Origin: Psammoneis japonica
Taxonomy: Eukaryota
Assembly (NCBI GenBank): GCA_008632985.1
Contig: QPGO01000117.1
Location: 62,001 to 126,000 of the forward strand
Length of the DNA stretch: 64,000 nt
Reading direction: 5' to 3'
Shown here in pieces: positions 35,960-47,525 of the stretch. The notes under the pieces were generated by a model that worked only from the letters and a program-made list of their open reading frames with translations, did not search any database and was not told where the DNA came from. Both the position numbers and the translations under genes were made by a program. How positions within the stretch are numbered: position 1 is the stretch's first letter; the number at the start of each line of letters is the position of its first letter.

Positions 35960-36898
35960 GATTGACAGTCTTGCTCATTGTCAACCCATTGAGCAACCGC
36001 CATCGTCGTCGTTGATTTACCAACGACGCTATTTCAATCCCACGTGGACCTCCGTATGTGTTCTACATACATCGGCAAGTCTGCGCGCATTCAACACCAG
36101 GGCATCGGCAGGAAGTTAACGTCACCGTCAAGTCTCCTTGCCGCTGGATGTCTGGATTGATCACACTGCCTTTGATCGCTGAAGACACACATTCAACAGT
36201 CACATCCAAGTCTGTCCTTGATCAACATCCCTTGACACACCCATTCCTCGGTTAACGGTCAAGAACCCTGCATGTTCAAGGATCTCAGTCGCTGAAGACA
36301 TGCACACACACACACATCTTCACGGCCAAGAACCTTTGCCCACTCTTCGGACTGCGGTTTTGCCACCACTCTACAAGCACACCAAGTCCATTGCACCTGA
36401 TCTACCCCGGACTGCTGGTGCTCCACAGTTCTGCTGGGTCCACGAGGACGACTGTGAGAGCAAGTGGCCGTGATTGCAGCCTGCGTTGGGGCGAGGGTGC
36501 TTTCCCGCGTTTGTTCGTTCGTCCACAGCACCTGACGCCTGCGTCAACTGGCCAGCCTGATCGGGAAATCCAACCGATGTAAAATGAGAACGGTTCGGGG
36601 GTCTTGTCCACCTCTGGTCAGCTCACCCGCAGGGGTTTGCAACCCGCCACTCCGCTCGCAAGCAACCCAAAGCGCCGCCAGCTGCGGGTTCGGACGTGCC
36701 GGCACAACTCTGCGGACCGGATGGGAAGTTTGGCACTTGACAACGAACGGGATGGCAAAGCCCGGCGACTTCTGATTTTAAGACAGTTCAAGATTTCAAG
36801 TCAAGTCTGTTTCAAGTCAAGTCCATTCTCACCCAAGTTTCGAGTCTACCTTCGCTTCCCAACCAGAATTGATTGTCCTGACACCACTTTTGTCCACC

Positions 36899-39800
36899 AT
36901 GGTTCTCACTCGTCAGCAACAAACCGATGGTTTCGAGCACGTTGTTGGAACCGTGCTTGCCCAAGGTGCTGGGAGTCCTCTTCGTTTGGCTTTGGCCCAA
37001 GACGGCACGGACTCGCATCAGGAACTGTTCACGTTCATGCCGTCCCAAATCGACTCGCTTGAGTGCGACAACGGCACTGATGTGATCCCTTTGCCCCGTG
37101 GTTATAAGAACATGTTAGCAGCACTGGTCAGTCTGTGCGTTGTCAAAGCACACAAAGGTCTTGACGTTGCCAACGACCCCTCTTTGTTCACGCATGACGA
37201 GTTCCTTGCCTGCCGCCTCAGCCCCGACTGCATGTCTTCTGTGTCCATCGGCAGCTCACCCCTTGCACCTCCGCATGTCACCAACCCGACCAAGGCACGC
37301 GACCCGGTGCGGGACTTCAAGCGAGGCATCAAGCGTGATCCCACCGCTTTCACGGCTCTCAAATCCGACAAGCAGTGGCACACCTCACTTGTGGCACAAG
37401 TCCATGCCCAAGACGTCGAGTGCATTCTAGACTCGTCGTACAAACCGACCAGCCCCGAAGACAAACTGCTCTTTGCTGAACAGCAAAAGTGCATGTTCGC
37501 CGTCTTCGAACGCATCCTTCTCACCGACAAGGGCAAGGCTCTCATTCGCGAAAATGTGGGGTCTTCTGACGCACAGACCGTCTACCGCGCCTTGTCTGAG
37601 TGCGCGCTTGCCTCCACCTGAGCATCCATCGAGTCCTCCACCCTGCTCACGCACCTCACCACCGCACGTCTTGGTGATGGTGCTTGGAAAGGTCCGACCC
37701 ACGGGTTCATCCTTCATTGGCAAGATCAGTTGCGCAAGTACGAGGCACTCATCCCGGCCAGTGACCACTTCTCTGAAGGACAGAAGCGCGTCATGCTCGA
37801 GAATGCCGTGCACCCTGTCGAGGAACTCCGTGCTGTCAAGAACCAAGCTGATCAGCATCGTACGCAGAGTGGCAAGAGCCTCACATACGATCAATGCTGT
37901 GGCTTGCTCCTCTCCGCGGCAGCTCAGTGCAACAGTGCGTTTCAACCCAAGACGACACCTCGAGCTCCCCGACGCGCCACACACGCACACGACGTCTGCT
38001 CCGGGGAACCGTCCGACGATGTGTTCTACGACATTGACAGCGACATTGACGTCCTTCAGGCCAATGCTGCCTGCACCCGCGGTCCCAGCCTCACTGGTGA
38101 CCAATGGAGACGTCTCCCTCCCGACCACCAACGGCTCTGGGATTCGTTGCCCGATTCCTCCAAGGTGATCATCCTTGAGCATTCTCGTCCGCCTCCCCGC
38201 AACCCACGAGCCAGCCACTGCCATGAGTCTGTTACGGCCAACCTTCACGACCAACGCCTTGGGAGTGACGGTGATGTCAACTTGTCCAACACGACTCCTG
38301 CTGACTCTGGTGACTCCGCTCCACATGTGGACGCCACTTCGGACAATCCCATCCTGGCGCACCTCACCAAGCGCAAGCCACTGCCACCCGGTGATCTGCA
38401 ACGTCTGTTGTCTCCTAACCAAGCCCCCAATGCCAGTCGACCGGGGCCATCCGCCGCTTCCTCTACCCCGCCAGCTTCTGCAGATGACACAGAACTTGGC
38501 GGCCGCACTCACCGCCGCATCAACAACCACAATGTCATTTGCTCTGCCTCTGCTCATCGCTCCACACGCACTGGCGCTCTAGTCGATCGTGGGGCCAACG
38601 GCGGCATTGCTGGCGACGACGTTCGCGTCATTGCACGCACCTCTCGCCAAGTCGATGTTCAGGGCATTGACGATCATCAATTGGTGGACATCCCCATTGT
38701 CACCGCTGGTGCCGTCATTGAGACCCAGCGTGGTCCCGTCATCGCCATCCTCCATCAGTGCGCATGCACGGGCAAGGGCAAGACCATCCATTCCTGCGGC
38801 CAGCTCGAATGGTGCAAACAGGATGTCAACGATCGCTCTGTCAAGGTGCCCAACGGCTTGCAACGCATTGCCACTCCTGATGGCTGTGTCATCCCCATTG
38901 ACATCAAGGCTGGCCTGCCTTGTGTTGCCATGCGACCTTACACTGATGCCGAATGGGACACCCTGCCCCATGTCATCCTCACCGGTGATGACACATGGGA
39001 CCCTTCCGTCCTCGATCACTCTGTCACTGACGACGACCAGTGGTGCGACGCGATCTCTGACCTGCAGGACGATCCCACTGCCAACCTGTTTGACGAATGC
39101 GGCAACTGCCGTCATCGTGTCGTTGTCAACGAGACCATCTTGTCCGCTTCCTTGTCTGCCGATCACGCGTCCGCCCTCGATGATCACCTCATTCCGAACG
39201 ACGACGTGTTCTACGAGTGTCATCTGCATGCGATTGACCCCAAGGGCGATGACGTTCCACCTCCGGAGCGCACTGCACAGCCCAAGGACCCCCCCTTCGA
39301 GTCTCTTCGGCCTCACTTTGGCTTCCTACCTGCCGACACGGTCCGTCGTACTTTTGACTGCACCACGCAGTGCACCCGCATGCCCGCCGGTGCACACCTT
39401 CGCAAGGCCTGCAAATCACCCAACCCCGCCCTTGATGTGCACCGCCGCAACGAGCCCATCGCCACTGACACCGTTTGTGCCGACACCCCGGCCGTCGACT
39501 CTGGTTGCACCAGCGCCCAACTGTTTGTTGGCACCGAGTCTACTGTCACTGACGTCTGCGGCACTAAGACGGACAAAGAGTTTGTCAACACACTCGAGGA
39601 TCAGATCCGTGAACGTGGTGCCCCATCCAAACTCATTGGCGACCGTGCTCAAGTTGAGATCAGCAACAAAGTGCTCGGGATCCTACGCGCCCTCTTCATC
39701 TCCAGCTGGCAAAGTGAGCCTCACCAGCAACACCAAAACTTTGCCGAGCGTCGATGCCAGACCGTGAAGCGCATGGCGAACACTGTCATGGATCGTTTTG

Positions 39801-42559
39801 GTTCGCCCGCCCACACATGGCTGCTGGCACTCATGTGCGTGTGCTTCACACTCAACCATGCAGCGTCCCCATGTCTCCACTGGCGCACGCCCCTCGAGAC
39901 TCTCACTGGATCCACCCCGGACATCAGCCCATTGCTTCGCTTTCACTGGTGGGAACCCGTGTGCTTCCACCTCGATGACTCCGATTGGCCGTCCGAATCC
40001 CGTGAGTTGCGTGGACGCTTCGTTGGCATTGCTGAGCACGTCGGCCACCAGATGACCTTCAAGATTCTATCTGACGAGACTCAGAAGATCCTCCACCGGT
40101 CCAACGTCCGCTCCGCCACCCCCGATCCTGCCGTTCGAAACCTGCGTCTTGATCCTCCTGATGGGGAGCCACCTGAACCCATCATCAAATCTTGCCATGA
40201 CGACAACCCCGTCGATTCTCCTGATGGGGAGATCAGGACACCCAAGATGCCAGTTTTCGATCCGCAAGACATCATTGGACGCACCTTCCTCATGCAGCCA
40301 CAAGAGGACGGACAACGCCACAGAGCTCGCATCGTCAAGGCCGTCGAAGACCACGAATGGAAAGTGAACGGCAATCCCGAGCTCACTAAGTTCGTCTGCT
40401 CTGTCAACAATGACGAATGCGAGGAAGTCCTTGCCTGCAATGACATCATGAATCACATTGAGCAAGAAGATGAAGACACCACCATTTGGAAATTTCGACG
40501 CATCGTGTCACACGAAGGACCTCTGAAGCCTCACGACCCAACCTGGAAAGGCTCAAGCTACAACATCATGCTTGAATGGGAAAGTGGGGAGATCACGTCC
40601 GAGCCTCTTGCCATCATCGCCAAGGACGACCCCGTCACCTGTGCCATCTATGCACGAGAGAACGGACTCCTCGACACGGATGGCTGGAAGCGGTTCCGCA
40701 CCATCGCGAGGCGCCAAAAGAAGCTGTTTCGCATGGCCAACCAAGCCAAGCTTCGCTCCTTCCGCACTGCACCTCGCCACAAGTGCGGATGCGAAGTTCC
40801 CCAGAACTGCAAACACGCCATGTCACTAGACGAACGCAACGGCAACCGCAAGTGGGGAGACGCAACTGATCTCGAGATGGACCAACTCGACGAATACGAA
40901 GTCTTCCATGACTGCGGGCCCTTCAAGTCTTCCACTCCTCCTGCGGGACACAAGAAGATCCGAGTGCACCTGGTGTGCGATGTGAAACACGACGGTCGCC
41001 ACAAGGCACGACTCGTAGCCGACGGGCACCTCACGGACGTACCTGTCGACAGTGTCTACTCCGGAGCAGTCTCCCTCCGTGGCCTTCGGCTGATGATTTT
41101 CCTGGCCGAACTCAACGAGTTGGAGACATGGGCCACCGACATTGGCAATGCCCACCTTGAAGCCACCACCAAGGAGAAGCTTTACATTGTAGCTGGACCC
41201 GAATTTGGCAAACTCGAAGGACACATCCTTGTCATCCACAAGGCACTGTATGGACTGCGCAGCTCCGGTCTCCGCTGGCACGAGCACTTCGCCGACTGCC
41301 TGCGAGCTGAAGGCTTCTTCCCCTGCCGCGCCGAACCCGACATTTGGATGCGCAGGAACGGCGACCACTGTGAATGCATTGCCGTTTATGTGGATGACCT
41401 CGCCATTGCCATGAAGGACCCTCAATCTTTTGTCGACACTCTCACGGAAAAGTGCAAGTTCAAGCTCAAGGGTGCGGGACCCATTGAGTTCCATCTGGGT
41501 TGCGACTTTTCCCGGGACCCCGACGGAACCTTGTGCCTGTCTCCGCGCAAGTGCATCGAGCGCATGGTTGACAGCTGTGCCCAACTGTTTGGGGAGAAAC
41601 CTGCCACCAATGCCCTGTCACCTCTAGAGAAGGGTGACCACCCCGAACTGGACACTTCCGAACTGCTGGGACCCGATGGCATTCACAAGTTCCAGTCTCT
41701 TGTTGGTTCACTCCAATGGGCAGTGTCCCTTGGTCGAATTGACATTGCCACGGCCGTCATGTCACTCTCTAGCTTCCGAGCTGCGCCCCGTCAAGGCCAC
41801 TTGGATCGTGCCAAACGCATCTGTGGGTGCCTCTCCAAGATGCAACACGGTGCTCTCCGCGTTCGCACGGAAGAGCCCGACTGTTTGGATCTCCCTGCTC
41901 TGGCCTGTGAATGGATGCATTCCGTGCATGGTGAAGCAGAAGAGATGATCCCGAAGGACGCTCCACCGCCCCTTGGCAAGTTCGTCACTGCCACCCACTA
42001 CGTCGATGCAAACTTGTGCCATTGCATGCTCACCGGACGCTCTGTCATGGGAATGCTCCACTTCCTCAACAAATTCCCGGCTGATTGGTTCTCTAAGAAA
42101 CAAGCCACCGTGGAGACTGCGACCTGCGGGTCTGAATTTGTTGCCGCAAGGACTTGTGTTGAGCAGATTGTCAACCTGCACATCACCCTGCGCCACCTTG
42201 GCGTCCCGATCCGCAATGTCAGTTACATGTTCGGTGACAACAAGTCAGTTGTAGACAGTGCCACCATCCCGCACTCCAAGTTACACAAGCGACACACCGC
42301 ACTGTCGTTCCACCGTGTGCGTGAGGCAATTGCCTCTGGTTGCCTTGAGCTCCACTTCATCGAAGGCTCCCGCAACCCTGCTGACATTCTCAGCAAGCAT
42401 TGGGGTTGCTCCCAAATCTGGGACCTTCTCCGCCCCCTCATGTTCTGGAACTTCATTCCATCCAAAGTCGAATCTGTTTCTGTGGCTCCTCAAGCAAACT
42501 GGGGAGTGACAGGATTTGAATGGGATTTGGGTGCGCGCGAAGTGTCGCGCGCTGTTTAG
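36899..42559 (+). pseudogene. gag-pol polyprotein, one frame with a single internal TGA (37619-37621) and many Tyr->Cys/His substitutions
   Basis: ATG 36899 (MVLTRQ); protease LVDRGANGG; integrase ...SEPHQQHQNFAERR; RT KARLVADGH, KALYGLRSSG, YVDD; RNase H DNKSV, NPADILSK. ORFs 36869..37621 and 37730..42559 share a frame. Confidence 0.93.
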
Positions 42560-42782
42560 TTTGCCGCACACAGTTTTGTGTGCTTTAGTTCCACGCGTTC
42601 ACGCGCATGCAGTTTGCTTTCGAGCCACAAGGCTCACAAGAATGATGACAGCAGCCCGGTTGTGCCGACTTACACGTCTTTCGGCTCCTGTGACGGTCTC
42701 TGAGCGGAGACTCATCTGCCATTTAGACAGCAGCAAGGAGTCATTGTTTTGAATTCTTGCCATTTGCCTTCAATTTCTGTCA
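42507..42782 (+). repeat. 3' LTR (276 bp)
   Basis: Direct repeat of the 5' LTR; only 4 TA sites left. Confidence 0.97.
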
Positions 42783-44545
42783 GGCCAAAGCACCCAAAGT
42801 GTTTGTGGCTTGGTCAGAGTTGGTCCAGCAGACCCCAAGGAGTGCTTTTTTGCCTGACCCACAACTTTTGCAAAAGGGAGGGTTGCTTTTTTTATTGCTT
42901 GCAGGTGGATTTGACATGGTGCTGTGTGCACTTGCCAGCCCAGCTGCAAAGTCAAGTGCAGTTGGCATGGAGTGGTGCCCACCTGCCCCCACTCTCTCCT
43001 GATGCCTCATCCACTGCAATTTGAAACCAAGCAACATGCTTTTGACTCAGGATCAACAAGCATTGCCAGAAAAACATTGTGGTGTGAGCATTGCCAACAG
43101 CAGACAAGAGCACACTGGAGAAACTTGAAGCCACAGGTGAGCATGCTCTGGGTGAGTTTTCCCCTCCTGCAGAGTTTGCCCCCCTTGTGTGTGTGCAGTT
43201 TTGTGACACATTTCCTCTCTCACCTCCACTCTTGGTCTCAATGCCAAATTGAGACACATGGCTCCAGAGGTCATTTGGCAAGTGCTTCATTTAAGAAATG
43301 TCAACACACGCAGCTTTGGGGAGCCCTCTTAAACCAGCTGATTTCAAGAGAGATTCTGTTCTTGACACTCACACACTGAGGCTCTAATGATGCATGTGGC
43401 ACAACACGCAGCTGCAGAAGGTGTTGGGTGACACAAGATTGCAGTTTTCCTCTCCCAAAGAATTCAGGAGATCATTGCATTGTGCTGGCATCAGGACATT
43501 GCAGTGGCTCTGGCTGACACAGCCAGTGTCATCTTGTGCTGTTTTTTTTAGTTTGGTGTGGTTCCAGCATGTCTGTTGTGGCATCCTGTTCATGATTTTT
43601 CTTTTTGAAATGTCCTTGACGACATTCTCAAACATGTGTGTGTGCACACTCCAGCCATTCAACAGCTCTTCTTGACCAGCACCAAGGTGGGTGCATGTGT
43701 CACAATCAACTGACAATGTGCGCAACAGAGCCCATGCATGGGACTTGCTGGCAAAGTGCAAACAGACTGTTTGGCACTGGCGTGGCAAAGTTGCACAATT
43801 GACTTGTTTGGTGCAAGCTTCAAAGGATGGGTGCAGGTGTCAGGCACGTGTCTTTGACATTGTCATTGCAACTTGTTTTGTTTGGCTGCTGCATGCACAC
43901 TTCAGCAATCTCCTCTGGAGAAAGGTCTTTTTGGAGCATGGTGTGGCAGCATCTGCAGAAATTGTGCGGTGTGCCATTGCTGGACTGTGGTCACCTCTTT
44001 TCTGGAAGCTGCCTGCCCATCTCTCAACAGCAAAAGCAAGCCATGTTTGGTGCCTTTTCTGCAGAGCAGGTGTCACAAGTTGTGAAGTTGTCTGGTTTGG
44101 CAAATTTGCATTTTTTGTCAAATTTTCCACCAGGTCCCCCAGTTGTGCAGCTTCTGTGCTGATCAACCATGCACATGTTTTGTCTGTCTGTTCACTTGTC
44201 TTGTGCACACACTTGCTGGCATGGAGCAGCTGGGTCTCTTGAGAGCTTCATTGCCATGTGGTGAAGAACAATGGCAGCTGGAGAGGAGCATGGTGCTTTC
44301 ACTCTTGGTGACAGATGTCAGCATGTTCTGCAGAAAGTGGCAGCTGTTTGATCCACACATGTTGCCCAAAGTTGAGTCAGAATCTTTGCCTTGAGCACAG
44401 AAGAATGAGGCACTCACCACTTTAGCTTCCCCCAGAACTTTCTCTGTTTTTATGAACACACCTTTGTGCAAAGGACAGAGGCTTGCCAGTGACCCAATGA
44501 CACAGGTTGGCAGTCTCAGTCACACAAGATGTGGCTGTGTGGAGA

Positions 44546-44853
44546 GACTGGGTTGCACCAGCCACAGAGCTGCAGATCTCTGTTGTCCTCTGTGGTGCCT
44601 GGGTTGCACCAGCCACAGAGTCTTCTGTGGTGATTGGGTTGCACCAGTCACAGTGTCTTTTCTGCACTCTCAACTCTGTGCTGGTGACTGGGTTGCACAC
44701 TGGTTGCAGGATCTTCTGCATTCTGCGGAGACTGGGTTGCACAAGGTGCAGTCTCATCTGATCATTTGCTGTGCAAATGCATGAAATGAATGCTTTTGCA
44801 TCCCTTTCAAATGTTCTGGTTTCTACAGCAACTGGGCTGCACCAGTCACAGTC
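44546..44853 (+). repeat. Six dispersed copies of a ~22-bp quasi-palindrome GACTGGGTTGCACCAGTCACAG
   Basis: Copies near 44546, 44597, 44631, 44685, 44728 and 44829 with irregular spacing. Confidence 0.8.
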
Positions 44854-45609
44854 TCTTTTTGACATGTGCAAATGCTGCCAAAGAAATGATCTGGAATGTT
44901 TTTTTTTCAATTTTGAATTTTTCCACATGCTGTGGGTGGGGATGTTGCAGAAACGATGAAGAAACAAATTTCCTCAAATGAAAATGAGAGTTGTCTTGTT
45001 CAACAGAGGGTGTTCAGAGGTGCTTGGAATGGGGTGCAACCTTTTCATTGGCACTGCATCATTTGTCCAGATCAAGAGAGCAATGATGAAGTGACAGCCA
45101 TTTTTTCATGCTTCACTGTGCATCATGACTGAAAATTGTTGATTTGTTGCACGATGACTCACTTGCAGTTTTGGAGTGTCATTGCAGTTTTTATGATGCC
45201 AACAGTTGCCAACATCAAAAGCAGAAGCTCTCACATCTCCAACCATTCATCTGCCATGTCAACTGACTCTTCAGTTGGAGAGAACATGAAACAGCATTTG
45301 TCTCAGCTTTGCCACACTTCACCCCACAAAAATCAGCTGAGCACAAAAATGCATGCCTTTTTTGTGGCAAAACTGTGGTCACATCCAACAAGCACAAATT
45401 GAACCACACATTTTTTGTCCTTCTTCCTGTTGTCTTTTCCATGCTCAGAATTTCCCAGCACCCCCTTGGAACAGCAACCCATTTCATCCCATGCTGCAAG
45501 GAAAAAGAGAGCTGCCAGGAAACTGCCCAAATGGCCCCATCAGGCAATGCATCCATCTCCCACAAACTCTGGACTGTGCATTTCTTGGAGCCCCCCAATT
45601 GCTGTTGTG

Positions 45610-46150
45610 AGACAACTCGAGATGAAGCAAGATGAGCAGACATGAGATGACACCACTCGACCACTCAAGACAAGACCACACCACTGCAGATGAGACAAGA
45701 TGACTCAAGACAAGATGGTGCCACTCAAGATGAGAAGACACCACTTGAAACAAGATTGTGCACTGCTCTGGACAAGATGAGATGACACCACTTGAGAGAA
45801 GCAAGCTTGAAGCAAGAGGATGACTTGAGACATGACAACAACACTGGAGATGCAATGACACCACTCAATTCAGGATGAGATGACTCAAGACAGGATGGCA
45901 TCACTCAACATCAAAAGAGCTCCAGATGCTGCGATGCCACCTGAGACAAGATGGCACCACCTGAGACAGAAGCAACAAACTCCTTGAGAAATGAGACAAC
46001 TCAAGACATGAGCGACAACAACGCGGGATGCAACAACAACACTTGAGATTGGATGAGATGACTCGAGACATGATGACATCACTCAAGGTGCAATGAAACC
46101 ACTCAGACGTGGCAACAAGCCACATGAGACAAATCAAGACACAATGTTGC
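45610..46150 (+). repeat. Degenerate satellite (gagatgacaccactcaagacaagat-like)
   Basis: Recurrent gagatga / caccactcaaga / gacaagat words over about 540 bp. Confidence 0.75.
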
Positions 46151-46483
46151 ACGACACAACAACAACACACTGGGGCAGCATGGGCGGTGCACGCATGCAC
46201 GCATGCATGCATGCACTCTGCTGCATTGCAGTGTCCATCCATCTCACCCATGCAAACCACACCATTGCTCACATCGTCGCACTTCTTTTGTTCCTTGTTC
46301 TGCTGCAAAATGTAAAAGAAGATGACTCACACATCCACAATGGCAAGCAATGAGTTTGCCTTCCAGTTGCAAGAAACATTTGCTGCATTCAACAAAGAAA
46401 GTGTTGGATTTGTGGGCTGTTCATTGCAAAGAAGCACAGCAACTTGTCATTGAGATTGTCCAAAATGCTGCCCCCGTTGATTG

Positions 46484-47525
46484 TCACACATTGGTGAGTG
46501 CAAGGGTGCCAGGAAAACCACGCTGCTCCACCCAGTCCTTGAGGCTCAGATCTTTCTCCTCTTCTGAATTGTCAGTGCCAGATGGCACAGAGGATGAGGC
46601 CAGCAGCACGGAGACAGCAAGGTCCTCCAGTTTGATTGTTGGAATTGGTTGTCCCTCGGCTTTGGCCTGTGCTTTGAGATGTGCCTTGTACACTTCCACA
46701 ATGACAGCCACATCCTTCATTCCTGTGACACTGTTGATGATGGGCAAAACATTTGGGCTCATGTGTTCAAGGTTGCGCAACATCATCAACAGAACATGGT
46801 CAAAGAGAGCTTGAGCATCTGGCTCCAAAACCTTGTCCATTTTGCTGAGCATGTCTTGCACCATCATTCAAGTCTTGATGCATGAATGGGGAGCATCTTC
46901 CAGACATCTTCACTCAGAGCAAGGTGCTTGCAGAAGGCCTCCTCAATGGCAGCGGGGTCACTGAGAGCAGTTGGCTCCGCATCAACCCGGCTGTCCCTGA
47001 ACCAAAATCTGCAACATTTGATCTTTGCACTTCTTTCATCGAACACACTGCATGAAGTGGACACTGCTTCCAATGAGGAGGTTTTGTTGGACCATTGTCA
47101 TGCTGAAGAGGACAGGCTTTTGCTGGACTTTTCAAGTCCACCATTGGGCTGTGCACAGCTCCACTGATCAAGTTGTTTTCCTGACAGTGAGTGCTGCTGT
47201 TGCTGCACACATGCGCTGCCACATGCCCATCGATTTGTTTTCTGAGAAGGCATCAGGTTCTTTGTGTCCCTTTGGATTAGTTGCTCAAGATCACAGTGCT
47301 TTGCATCATCAAGTGCCGACACTGTTTGCAATGACACTTTGGTTGTGCCAGGCAGCAGGGGGAAAGCTTCTTGACCTCCTCATTCAATGTTCGACAGTCA
47401 CCACTTTTGACTTCTTTTTCATCTAAAATATTTTCCAGAGAAGCATCATTCAAAGGCTGAGGACCCAGTTTGAAAAAGGCAGTGGTTTGGACAACGGACA
47501 TGGCTGATAAGATGAGCTGCTCCAC
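46484..47525 (-). pseudogene. Decayed protein-coding gene of unknown family
   Basis: Consecutive protein-like fragments (47277..47525, 46864..47073, 46484..46867) broken by stops and frameshifts; nearly Tyr-free. Confidence 0.5.

Larger units (their letters stand above)
35683..42782 (+). mobile_element. Full-length Ty1/copia LTR retrotransposon (diatom CoDi-type), hypermutated
   Basis: LTRs 35683-35959 and 42507-42782 with TGACAG...CTGTCA ends; TSD GGCCA (35678-35682, 42783-42787); PPT GGGGAG 42501-42506; gag-PR-IN-RT-RH order. Confidence 0.97.
42788..47500. other. TpA- and CpG-depleted block C with decayed genes and satellites
   Basis: About 14 TA in 4.7 kb by hand count; TG/CA-rich. Confidence 0.92.

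Noticed and set aside
44546..44853. CRISPR array
   Set aside because: Eukaryotic context, degenerate repeats, irregular spacing and no cas genes.
28912..47500. Dozens of overlapping Cys/His/Trp-rich ORFs in all six frames
   Set aside because: Expected by-product of losing TAA/TAG stops and gaining TG/CA; no coherent domains apart from the copia gag-pol.
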